Source: Gallionella sp. | GTDB taxonomy: Bacteria > Pseudomonadota > Gammaproteobacteria > Burkholderiales > Gallionellaceae | NCBI GenBank assembly: GCA_024641025.1 | Contig: JAHEDW010000004.1 | Location: 617 to 64,616, forward strand | Direction of reading: 5' to 3' | DNA length: 64,000 nt | Shown here: one piece after another, positions 42,424 to 51,315 of the stretch | Layout: each line of letters starts with the position of its first letter | How positions within the stretch are numbered: the first letter of the stretch is position 1 | The notes under the pieces: model-generated | The model's database searches: none | What the model saw: the letters and a program-made list of their open reading frames with translations, nothing else | Told to the model about the DNA's origin: nothing | Program-made: the position numbers and the translations under genes

Positions 42424-45345
42424 TCACTGCTCGGTTCGGTTGGGACGAGAACGACGATCAAGGCCAGTGCCAGCACTGTGTTCAAGTTCAGTGGTCAGAT
42501 GCAACCCCAAGTCGCTTCGCCTGCGTCGCTTGATTCCATGATGTAAATGGGCACCTTTACCAGCAGGTCTTCGCCGTTCTTTCCGAGACCTGCGTTCTGG
42601 ACGAAGACGGTTATCGACCCGAATAAATCGCGTTGATGTTTTTAAAGTATTGGTGGCAAATTTTTCCAAATCAGATTCAAGGTAACAAGGCTTCCCATGA
42701 ACAAGAAAAAAAGGAATGATCGGATCGCTTAACCGATCATTGGCGAGCCAAGACTTGACGGATTTACTTGGCATGTGCGGTTGTAGAAAAACAATTGCCT
42801 CTTGCTCAGTGAGAAGAAGATGATCAGATGATTCGATAGGTTTACCTACACTTGGCTGGATTTTTGACTTTAGACCCTGCATCAACAAAGTCTCGAACTC
42901 CTCTGGTGTAACCGGATTGGAATAGAAATTCCCTTGTGCGAAGTCACATCTCGCTGAGGCAAGCAAATCGTGCTGCCTTTGCGTTTCGACGCCTTCAGCA
43001 ATCACCTGAAATCCAAGCTTATGTGCCATCACGATAACCTCGGAAAGACCTAGTCCATTCGGATCAGTCATATCATCGAGAATGAATGGTTGAACGATCT
43101 TCAGATAATCAATAGCAAAGTTGCGATATTTGGAAAGCGTCATGGAATCCAATTCAGAATCGTCAATCGCTACTTGGATACCAGCTTTACGAAATTCTTG
43201 AAGCGTTCCCATGAAGCCTGTCGCGGCATTGAATATCATTTGCTCACGAATTTCAAACGCAAGATTCTTACCTGCAAGTCCAACCTCCTGTAATTGGCGT
43301 GGCCATTTCGCAGAAAGATTGTTGTGTTCGGATCCGAACTGAGCCGCCGAAATGTTTACATTCACTTGAAAGTCGTCAGAATAATATGTACTCCATCGCT
43401 TTGCATAGCGTAATGATTCTTTAAATGCCCAATCTCCAATCTGGTTGATCAGACCGGTGTCCTCAGCAAGCGGGATAAACTCATCCGGACTGACAATACC
43501 TAGCGTCGGATGTTGCCAGCGAATTAGTGCCTCTGCCTTGCCGATTCGGCCCGTAGCGAGATTCATGATCGGCTGGAAATAGATTCTGAGTTGTTCAGTA
43601 GTCACAGCCCCACGTAAATCATTGATGAGGTTGACACGCGATTGGTCTGCCAATTGCCTTGAAGGATCAAAATGGCTGAACCTGTTTCGCCCCTTACTCT
43701 TAGCATCATACATAGCCTGATCGGCATTATTCATCAAGGTACTGATATCAGCGGCATCATCCGGAAACAGACTGATGCCAATACTCGCAGAAACATCAAC
43801 CATCTCTCCAGCAACCTGATAAGGCATTGCCAGTCTGGTTACGATTTTCTGTGCAACATAATCTGTATGGCGTGTATCGGGAATCTCAGAAAGAATTACA
43901 GTGAATTCATCACCACTTAGGCGTGCAACAGTGTCAGATTCTCGCACGCAGGCACTGATTCTGCAGGCTGCTTCGTGCAACAATTTGTCACCAGCCTCAT
44001 GTCCTAGCTTGTCATTAACTTCCTTGAAACGGTCCAGATCGATATATAACAATGCAATAGGAAGATTCGCGCGATTTGCCCTCTTGATTTCCAGCCCAAG
44101 TCGGTCTTGAAATAGCCTGCGGTTTGGCAGGCCCGTAAGAGGATCGAAATAAGCATGACGCCTGATGGTTTCTTCAGCCCGCTTCTGCTCGGTAATATCC
44201 GAAAATAACGCAACACGCTTTAGCGTATCGCCATTGTTATCATAAACGGTATGAATCATCTGCCATTCCGAGTGATCCTTGCCATTCCTGCATCTGATAG
44301 ATATCTCCCCCTCCCAGATACCAGTGACATTAAGTTTATGAAATATCGATTGCTTGAATGCCTCGTCATGTCGATCTGAGTAAATATAATTCATCGGCTT
44401 GCCAATGATTTCTTCGGGAGGGTATCCGGTCAACTGTGTATAAGCCTGATTCACAGAAATGATTTGATTACTGCCATTAGCGATCATCACTGCATCGCCG
44501 ACTGCCTGATATACCGTATTCGCGAACTGCAACTGCTCCTCACTGTTTTTTTGTACGGTGATATCAGCTTGCGTTCCTGTCATTCGCAAGATCTTGCCGT
44601 CTCCGGTACGATTTGATACGACGGCATGCGTAAGCATCCACTTCCATCTTCCATTGAGCCCACGTACACGATATTCGATAGAAAAGCGGTCCAGCTTGTT
44701 ATGAAACAAAGTATTAAGTATCTTCTTCCAGTGTATCCAGTCATCTGGATGCACCTTCGTTTCAAACTGCATTACGCTGCTAATGATCTCGTTGTCAGGA
44801 AAACCAAACATAGTTCTACAAGTTTTGGAGAGAACTATCTCACCTGTCTGAAGATTCCAATCCCACAATCCATAACCACCCGCATCGATAGCCTGAATCC
44901 ATCGCTGATCTTTCCCGCGAAGTGCTTCCTCAGCCAATTTTCTCCCAGTGACATCATGTATGGTTCCAGAAATGAATATCGCCTTGCCCATTTCATTTCT
45001 GATCGTTTCAAAGCGTTCACTGACCCATTTGATACGACCATCCGGCATGAGTATCCGATGCTCCACTTCTAGAGGCTTCATGCTAATAAGAGAATTGTAA
45101 AATGCCATTCTCATCATATCCCTGTCTTCAGGGTGAATCATGCTCAGAAATTTCTTGTGGGATGGCGGTGTTGATTCCTTGTCGACTTCCAGGATGCCAA
45201 AAACCCCATCAGACCAAGTGATCAGGCCAGTATGTAGTTCGCGCCTCCAACTACCTGTTTGAGCTACGCTTTGCGTATGACTCACGAGGTCTTTGCTTTT
45301 GCTGAGCGCTTTGATATCAGCAGTAAGTTGTGTCATGACATTCAT
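42424..45345 (-). CDS. PAS-PAS-PAS-GGDEF-EAL c-di-GMP turnover protein with a 148-aa extra C-terminal tail
   Basis: Three PAS/PAC-like segments. The GGDEF domain has an SGDEF active-site variant and RESD at the I-site position. The EAL domain has an intact EALIRW motif. After ...PEEFETLLMQGL comes an HTH-like segment and an Arg-rich tail. Confidence 0.9.
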   Translation of the reverse strand: MNVMTQLTADIKALSKSKDLVSHTQSVAQTGSWRRELHTGLITWSDGVFGILEVDKESTPPSHKKFLSMIHPEDRDMMRMAFYNSLISMKPLEVEHRILMPDGRIKWVSERFETIRNEMGKAIFISGTIHDVTGRKLAEEALRGKDQRWIQAIDAGGYGLWDWNLQTGEIVLSKTCRTMFGFPDNEIISSVMQFETKVHPDDWIHWKKILNTLFHNKLDRFSIEYRVRGLNGRWKWMLTHAVVSNRTGDGKILRMTGTQADITVQKNSEEQLQFANTVYQAVGDAVMIANGSNQIISVNQAYTQLTGYPPEEIIGKPMNYIYSDRHDEAFKQSIFHKLNVTGIWEGEISIRCRNGKDHSEWQMIHTVYDNNGDTLKRVALFSDITEQKRAEETIRRHAYFDPLTGLPNRRLFQDRLGLEIKRANRANLPIALLYIDLDRFKEVNDKLGHEAGDKLLHEAACRISACVRESDTVARLSGDEFTVILSEIPDTRHTDYVAQKIVTRLAMPYQVAGEMVDVSASIGISLFPDDAADISTLMNNADQAMYDAKSKGRNRFSHFDPSRQLADQSRVNLINDLRGAVTTEQLRIYFQPIMNLATGRIGKAEALIRWQHPTLGIVSPDEFIPLAEDTGLINQIGDWAFKESLRYAKRWSTYYSDDFQVNVNISAAQFGSEHNNLSAKWPRQLQEVGLAGKNLAFEIREQMIFNAATGFMGTLQEFRKAGIQVAIDDSELDSMTLSKYRNFAIDYLKIVQPFILDDMTDPNGLGLSEVIVMAHKLGFQVIAEGVETQRQHDLLASARCDFAQGNFYSNPVTPEEFETLLMQGLKSKIQPSVGKPIESSDHLLLTEQEAIVFLQPHMPSKSVKSWLANDRLSDPIIPFFLVHGKPCYLESDLEKFATNTLKTSTRFIRVDNRLRPERRSRKERRRPAGKGAHLHHGIKRRRRSDLGLHLTTELEHSAGTGLDRRSRPNRTEQ

Positions 45346-45965
45346 TTATTTGTCTTCCCACACCACATATAATTTGCTCATGCATTGATCGATAAACTTC
45401 ATATATTCCTAATTAAAGGATATTTACATTCCGGTTTTGTCTGTTCTGCCACGGCGGCGGATTTCCAAACCTTAACAATATCCCACTTGATGCATCGTGC
45501 TCACATGATTCCCCAATGAACAAAAGGTCAACAAAACCGGATAATACTAGCGTATCATTTCATTCTGCAGGACAAAGCCAGAAATAAGTGACGAATCGGC
45601 CTTATATCTCAATAATCTTACTAATTTAGTGCTGCCCAATAATTTATCCTGTACAACTTCCCCGCCGCATCGAATACATTGAACATTTTTCTACAGATTG
45701 CTCACTGTTGTCATCGAATCAATGATCCACGAATATAGGTGTTGATGCCAACGATTCAACGAGAAGCGTCCAAAATGCTTTGGTTGTAGTTGGAAGTGCC
45801 AATTGACCTCACTCGAAGGGGAGGCTTAGTGTCAACATTCTCGTTAAGGCCACCTTCATCCTGCGGCAGAATTCAGAAATCGCCCTTAGCGACATCCATG
45901 ACTAGATGGTCTTACCGGCACCAGAACACCAGCGGCAAGATAGTTTTCACTCTCTTGGTAGGACT

Positions 45966-46274
45966 TTATTTACTTTCGCTTACCCGCTCTCTGAGCAATT
46001 TTCCTGCTTTGAAATGGGGTACATATTTTGCAGCCACATGCACTTGCGCACCATTTTTAGGATTGCGCCCTGAGCGTGATGGCCTGTAATTCAGGGAAAA
46101 GCTACCGAAGCCTCTCAATTCGACTCGCCCTCCTTTTGAAAGCGCATTTGACAGAGCATCAATGATTAATTTTGCACCAAACTCTGCATCCTTCACCGGC
46201 AGTTGCGGCTGCAACTCGGACAAGCGGGCAATCAGGTCAGAACGATTCATAATATTTCCATACTTTCTATTCAT
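45966..46274 (-). CDS. Integration host factor beta-subunit-like DNA-bending protein (HU/IHF family)
   Basis: [49 protein letters not shown] closely follows the E. coli IhfB arm. The likely start [10 protein letters not shown] is at 46250. It is not in the usual rpsA-ihfB context. Confidence 0.85.
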   Translation of the reverse strand: MNRKYGNIMNRSDLIARLSELQPQLPVKDAEFGAKLIIDALSNALSKGGRVELRGFGSFSLNYRPSRSGRNPKNGAQVHVAAKYVPHFKAGKLLRERVSESK

Positions 46275-46399
46275 TAGAACTAGTATTCACAAACAAACCG
46301 CATCAAGTGTTATGCAAGCGATGTTTGTAAGGCATTTTGAACAATGCGCTGACTACACCACCAACCCTGTTGAACACAAGGATCGGACGGAAATTATTA

Positions 46400-46516
46400 C
46401 TATCCCATACGCTCCATGCGATTAGTAACACCAAAATACAGGGCACCTATCGCAAAAAATACAATGAGAAGGATTGGTATAATCGGCATCATCAAACAAG
46501 CAAACAAGTATTTCAT
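46400..46516 (-). CDS. Candidate 38-codon hydrophobic micro-ORF (speculative)
   Basis: Hand translation gives MKYLFACLMMPIIPILLIVFFAIGALYFGVTNRMERMG, one TM helix plus a short basic tail. A GGTGGTG Shine-Dalgarno-like box precedes the ATG. There is no homology evidence. Confidence 0.25.
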   Translation of the reverse strand: MKYLFACLMMPIIPILLIVFFAIGALYFGVTNRMERMG

Positions 46517-46869
46517 TTTCACCACCATGACTAAACTACGGCAATCGTATTGTTTTATAAGCAAATATTGAGCCATCGCTTTATCAACATTTATATGTAT
46601 TTGTTTATGTGGGTATTATTTACTTGTGACCGTGCTGACACGTTTCTTGATTTCCTAGATCAAGGAAAGGTTAAGTAAGGTCAAAAGGAATTTCCCCGTT
46701 ATCAAGAAATCCTTCATTCGATAAATCTTATTAGTTTTCTCACGAGCTGACAGGGTAGTGTTTGAGGAGTGACAAGACTGTTTGGACTACAAATAATCCA
46801 AATATAATTATTAGTACCAAAGTACAATATTATTTAATTGCATACTATTGTAGTCTTTGCTCTACACTT

Positions 46870-46984
46870 TTTGCATGTGTACCCAAGTCGTGAGTGGGCT
46901 AAAACCTCGAATGTTGGCAGTTGGTATAGATTTGCTCCTCCAACGTGGCCAACTGACCCAGCACTTTCCCAGTGCTGGGTTTTT
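46870..46984 (+). ncRNA. Candidate small RNA ending at the orphan terminator (5' end not determined)
   Basis: A second stem, GTTGGCAGTTGG...CCAACGTGGCCAAC (46914-46952), precedes the terminator, with a CU-rich loop (tttgctcct). TTGCAT hexamers at 46838 and 46871 could serve as -35 elements, but no good -10 was found. Confidence 0.25.
46957..46984 (+). terminator. Orphan plus-strand intrinsic terminator in a gene-less spacer
   Basis: CCCAGCACT-ttccc-AGTGCTGGG (perfect 9-bp stem) followed by TTTTT. The reverse strand lacks a T-tract, so it is plus-strand specific. All flanking genes are on the minus strand. Confidence 0.65.
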
Positions 46985-47188
46985 AATGTAGCACCTGACC
47001 ATTCCCTGCAGGATAACTTACGCGAATTCTTATGGGATCAATTCATAATTCACGTTATCAGTAAATCTCGACTTGCAGGAAAATGGCACATAATTGCCAC
47101 TTCCCTGTGATGAAATTACTAAGCAATTTTCTAAATTGAAATATGAGGAAGGATATTATGGCAATTTTATGTTTGTGACTTGCTTGAT

Positions 47189-48043
47189 CTATTGTTTCAT
47201 CTTTTTGGCTTCATACATATTCTTATCGGCCAATCCGATTACCATTTCCACTTCCTTCGTTTTTCCAAGATGCGTTGTCCGACCAATAGATATTGATATT
47301 GGCCAGCTTCGTTCCTGAAAAGCTTGAGTAGATGAGGCATTGATTCGGTTGATCAGGGTGTCACAAGAACGATCATCTGTGTCTGGAAGCAATAGAACAA
47401 ACTCATCGCCGCCTAGGCGTGCAGCAACATCAACCTTCCTCGAGCTTCCCATTAATATTTCCGCTAGAACTCTAAGCGCTTCATCCCCGATTTGATGTCC
47501 AAAGCGATCATTCATTGACTTGAATTGATCAATATCAATGAATAACAAGGAATAAGGCCTACCAGAACGTTCACTACGTCCTTGTTCAATGCTTAGTCTA
47601 TCAAGTAGTTCTAAGCGGGTCGCCAGACCTGTCAGAATATCTTTGCGGGCATATTCTCTTTCACGCCACAATTTGATCATCACTCGACCAATAACCGTAA
47701 AAACAATGCTACGTGTAAACACATTCAACACGAAGGCAAAGACAGGAAAGTCCGGCCAAGTGATCGCCATTTCCGTCGAACTCCATACAAGCGCCAAAGC
47801 TATGCCGACTATGGTGGATGTTTGAGTGTCATATCGGCGAGCAGCGCGAATCGCAGCTATGCGTGCCGTTTGGATGATCGGAAGGCAATACAGCACATCT
47901 AGTGATATGTAGCTTGCCCACTCAATGGGAAGATATTTTCCTAATGCATAGCCTGAAAAACTGATAAGAACGACTTCTGCTGCCACGAGAAGAATACGGC
48001 CATAAAATGCTAATTTTTGCTTTGCCATAATATGAACAACCAT
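47189..48043 (-). CDS. Membrane-anchored diguanylate cyclase (GGDEF domain)
   Basis: About 130-aa N-terminus with 4-5 TM helices, then a GGDEF domain with an intact GGDEF motif and RKVD (RxxD I-site) five residues upstream. Confidence 0.9.
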   Translation of the reverse strand: MVVHIMAKQKLAFYGRILLVAAEVVLISFSGYALGKYLPIEWASYISLDVLYCLPIIQTARIAAIRAARRYDTQTSTIVGIALALVWSSTEMAITWPDFPVFAFVLNVFTRSIVFTVIGRVMIKLWREREYARKDILTGLATRLELLDRLSIEQGRSERSGRPYSLLFIDIDQFKSMNDRFGHQIGDEALRVLAEILMGSSRKVDVAARLGGDEFVLLLPDTDDRSCDTLINRINASSTQAFQERSWPISISIGRTTHLGKTKEVEMVIGLADKNMYEAKKMKQ

Positions 48044-48413
48044 TATTTCATCTTATTGAACCTACAAGGAATCCAATCTGGATACTCAAGGACTTTGACT
48101 GGCTTCGGTTGCTCGCATTTGCTCCATCGTGCAACAAAACATGTCCTGCAGTATATAGCCCATGCCTGTGAGACACTAAACATTTAAACATAAATTCAAA
48201 TGTACGTAGCACCTAATAATCAAATACAAACCATGTCTAACTAATGCTTCTGGACTATAGGCCCAAACTATCCAACAGCAATCATCAATACTTTGAGTTC
48301 AGGCTTGTTATCCAGACTCTTCGGCAGAAATTTGCTGGCGATTGTATTTTGTTGCAGCACGGATTGCCATCCAAACATGGTAAAAATCTAAAAGGCCTTA
48401 TGAGTCAGTTAGC

Positions 48414-48848
48414 TTACTCACACCTTATTTCGAACTCCTCTCCACAATCAGTGCAAAATAGAGTTGATCTATCTGATGTGTCATCGTATCCGATAACCTC
48501 GATTCCAGTATACCCACCACAAAAAGGGCATGTTTCGCTTATAAGGTCACCAACTTTTTTTATATCCGAAACATCCTCCATGACGACGATTAATTCGTCA
48601 TCCTTGAATGGTAATTCACAAATCACATATCCCAAGTGGTCGGCCTTCAAGCCGTTCTTAAGTACTACATTACCGCCTTGGTCATCCTGATAAACTGTCC
48701 AGATACGGTTAAGGCTAATTGTTTGAACATATTCAAACTCTTCGCCATCTGTAGCATACATGCGTCCGCCCCAAAAGGCGTCGGAATTTAGATGGTTAAT
48801 TTGTGGCTTGAATCGCCTTTGGAATTGTTCAGTGGTTAGCGTTGTCAT
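48414..48848 (-). CDS. Hypothetical protein with a C-terminal CxxC...CxxC zinc ribbon (144 aa)
   Basis: CPFCGG...(22 aa)...CTDCGEEF lies at the C-terminus. The N-terminal ~100 aa look like a conserved small domain (IWTVYQDD.GG....NGL....LGYVICELPF) that I cannot name. Confidence 0.6.
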   Translation of the reverse strand: MTTLTTEQFQRRFKPQINHLNSDAFWGGRMYATDGEEFEYVQTISLNRIWTVYQDDQGGNVVLKNGLKADHLGYVICELPFKDDELIVVMEDVSDIKKVGDLISETCPFCGGYTGIEVIGYDDTSDRSTLFCTDCGEEFEIRCE

Positions 48849-49009
48849 GATAATTTAATTGAACTAATAAATAATTACCGTCTTAGAACAAAGCAGAGTG
48901 CCGATGTATCAATCTCCAACTTTTGAGGAAGTTCAAAACGCATGATCATAAATATTGCAGTGACATAAACGAATCTCAACTTCCTGGTCAAGGTGTGCAC
49001 TATCTAGGA

Positions 49010-49690
49010 TTAGGATTTGGATATTCCAAGTTCTTTGTACAACTTGTTCATCATTTCCTGTAATTCCCTTACCTCCGCCTCAAGATTGCCGATATTTGCC
49101 TTAAGCGCAGCAATTTCACCGACTGTAACATCTCCCTTAGGATCCTTGGAAACCTGATTCGAAGATAAACTCTCTTCCGAAACCGGTGCCCCGCAGAGCA
49201 GATGCATCCAACGATTTTCACGTGAACCAGGCTGGCGAGGCAGCTCCATCACTAATTCACCCTCCGCGCGCTCGGATAGCTCAATCAGAAAACTTTCTAC
49301 CGAGGAAATATCGGCAAATTTGTGCAGCCTTTCACAATTGATGCGCAACTCCCCTGCCGTCTGCGGGCCGCGCAACATTAACATAGCAATCAAAGCAGTG
49401 GACTGTGAAGGTATATGAAGCACCCGCTCAATGTTGTGCCCATATCGCGATACTCTCCCTCCACTGGTTTCTACAATCAGCGAAAATGCCCTTAAGCTAT
49501 CCAGCGCACCCTGAACTTCAGATTCCGATGCCTCGATGATCGGATCACGACTGCTCTTCTGGTTACAACCGGAAACCAAATAATTCAGGGTCAATGGGTA
49601 CGAGTCTGGCACCGTACGTTGCTTTTCGGCGAGTACGCCGAGAACACGAGATTCAAGCAAGGAGAGAACTGGGAGAGTTGTTGGCATCAT
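49010..49690 (-). CDS. yceH: YceH / DUF480 (UPF0502) family protein
   Basis: LSLLESRVLGVLAEKQRTVPDSYPLTLNYLVSGCNQKSSRDPI is the YceH N-terminal winged-helix signature. C-terminal coiled coil. Confidence 0.85.
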   Translation of the reverse strand: MMPTTLPVLSLLESRVLGVLAEKQRTVPDSYPLTLNYLVSGCNQKSSRDPIIEASESEVQGALDSLRAFSLIVETSGGRVSRYGHNIERVLHIPSQSTALIAMLMLRGPQTAGELRINCERLHKFADISSVESFLIELSERAEGELVMELPRQPGSRENRWMHLLCGAPVSEESLSSNQVSKDPKGDVTVGEIAALKANIGNLEAEVRELQEMMNKLYKELGISKS

Positions 49691-49851
49691 TCTTCCATAT
49701 AAATGTTGTTTATATCATTGATTCCACATTTCTAGTAAAAGTTATTCGGTGCAGATTGCAACAAGGGAAATATATTTAGAAACAATTACAAATGCAAAAT
49801 CTGAAAGCAGTTTTGATTTGCTGAGTAAGCATACCTATTGGATGACCAAGA

Positions 49852-50229
49852 TCAACTTTTACTGTGAGAATATTGCTTGCGAATCACTAGCCAACCATAG
49901 ATTCCAATGTTGACGATAATAACCACAAACGCAAGCATGAACTGGATTTCTCGGGTGAGACCGGCAGGATAGATGGCTCCCAGCAGATAGTTCTCGATAA
50001 AGCTCCCAGTGTAACCAGACTGGCCTGCATTGGCCCTAAGGAATATCTCCAATCGCGTGAGGGGGCAACTGCTGCCGGTTAGCTCAACATAAGTCGCCCA
50101 TATCGCTACCGGCACATGCACGACAGGAGCCCATCTCCACCACAGCGACACTGAGGCACCCAATAATGCCAACATGATAAATAAAAGATGCAGCAACAGG
50201 ACAAAGTCGGCTGCCAGACGGAATGACAT
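49852..50229 (-). CDS. DUF2784-family membrane protein
   Basis: 125 aa with 3-4 TM helices and the ..ELTGSSCPLTRLE.. motif, which I associate with DUF2784. Confidence 0.6.
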   Translation of the reverse strand: MSFRLAADFVLLLHLLFIMLALLGASVSLWWRWAPVVHVPVAIWATYVELTGSSCPLTRLEIFLRANAGQSGYTGSFIENYLLGAIYPAGLTREIQFMLAFVVIIVNIGIYGWLVIRKQYSHSKS

Positions 50230-50253
50230 TTCTCAAGCGCGAAAATAAAAATG

Positions 50254-50571
50254 CTATTGCTTTCTGCCTCCACCTTCACTCTGATCAAGCAGAAGATCCT
50301 GGACCTCGTTGCCTGTGTCAGGCATGTCTGAGGGTTCACTCGAGTTAGTAAGTATACTTGATTGCCGTTCAGAAAGAATCATGTCCACTTCTTCCCTCGT
50401 ATAAGGTTTTCCTTTACTGCCAGCTGATACCTCACCTGCACATTTTGCGATTTCATAATTTGATTGCAGATCCAGGCAATATCTAAGGTCTTCCGAGCCA
50501 ACCTCTTCTGACATGGCAGATGTGGCGGCTATCAGTAACGTTAAAGCGATCAATGGTGGTAGTTTGCTCAT
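50254..50571 (-). CDS. Small secreted protein, function unknown
   Basis: MSKLPPLIALTLLIAATSAMS signal peptide directly preceded by GGAGGA. Acidic, Ser-rich C-terminus. The track ORF starts 9 codons earlier (50598). Confidence 0.55.
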   Translation of the reverse strand: MSKLPPLIALTLLIAATSAMSEEVGSEDLRYCLDLQSNYEIAKCAGEVSAGSKGKPYTREEVDMILSERQSSILTNSSEPSDMPDTGNEVQDLLLDQSEGGGRKQ

Positions 50572-50731
50572 ACATTCCTCCAGAATTTCATGGCGCACAT
50601 CATCTAAGGCTGCTAAAGGACTCGAAAGATTAAGAAATCTGCAAATTCTCTGTGATTCATCATGCGGTTATGCCCTGCAAAATAAAAGTCAGAATGTGAT
50701 TTTCTGAAGCATCCCGGTTCCGCAATGCAAC

Positions 50732-50920
50732 TCAATAGACTCGGCTTTTCACCACTTCCTTTACCCAATATACTTGTTTGTGGCAGCCTTCCCCAAGTAA
50801 GGCTATTTTAGCCTCTGCAAGAACTCTATCGCCAAACGTCTCGACAAGGAACTCGATACCATTATCATCCATGCGCCAGACCTCATAGAGGTAATCTTCT
50901 GACTGATCTGTGAATTTCAC
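50732..50920 (-). CDS. Conserved-looking small protein (62 aa), function unknown
   Basis: YEVWRMDDNGIEFLVETFGDRVLAEAKIALL..GCHKQVYWV resembles a widespread small proteobacterial family that I cannot name. Confidence 0.5.
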   Translation of the reverse strand: MKFTDQSEDYLYEVWRMDDNGIEFLVETFGDRVLAEAKIALLGEGCHKQVYWVKEVVKSRVY

Positions 50921-51022
50921 TGTTCCAATCCAATCAAAAGTACTCGATTAATCGCATGAGGCCAAAACTCTTTAAGTAATTCTCAATATGGTAGTGTACT
51001 TCGTCAGAATAGATAAATTCAC

Positions 51023-51232
51023 TCATCTTTTAAGTATCCAATAAACAATCGACAACACAATTGATATTATTATGCTGCTGGTTAATGGAAAGTAGAAGCT
51101 GAATCCTTTGCGTTCGATACTGATATCACCTGGAAGGTGGCCGATACCCATCCTGTATAGCCAAGGCCATGCTATTCCAACGATGATGAGAACACTACCA
51201 ATTACGATAAGCCACTTTGCCATGGTCGCCAC
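51023..51232 (-). CDS. DUF2905-family small membrane protein
   Basis: Two TM helices flanking the LPGDI motif. About 66 aa; an alternative start MAKWLIV lies at 51223. Confidence 0.7.
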   Translation of the reverse strand: MATMAKWLIVIGSVLIIVGIAWPWLYRMGIGHLPGDISIERKGFSFYFPLTSSIIISIVLSIVYWILKR

Positions 51233-51315
51233 ATTTCAAAAGTTGTCGAACTTTCCTGAAGTGAAAATTAAAGCTCCCGTTCAAAGAAGAATCAACGTCG
51301 GGAAACAAAATATAG

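Noticed and set aside
46838-47110. 90-codon plus-strand ORF in the long spacer
   Set aside because: It reads straight through a perfect intrinsic terminator hairpin plus T-tract, starts at TTG without a Shine-Dalgarno, and has no recognisable motifs. The region was treated as non-coding or sRNA instead.
45346-48413. Genomic island, prophage remnant or CRISPR array in the AT-rich spacers
   Set aside because: There is no integrase, transposase, tRNA or flanking direct repeat, and no regularly spaced repeats. Coding genes in the segment are not clearly compositionally deviant; only the spacers are AT-rich.
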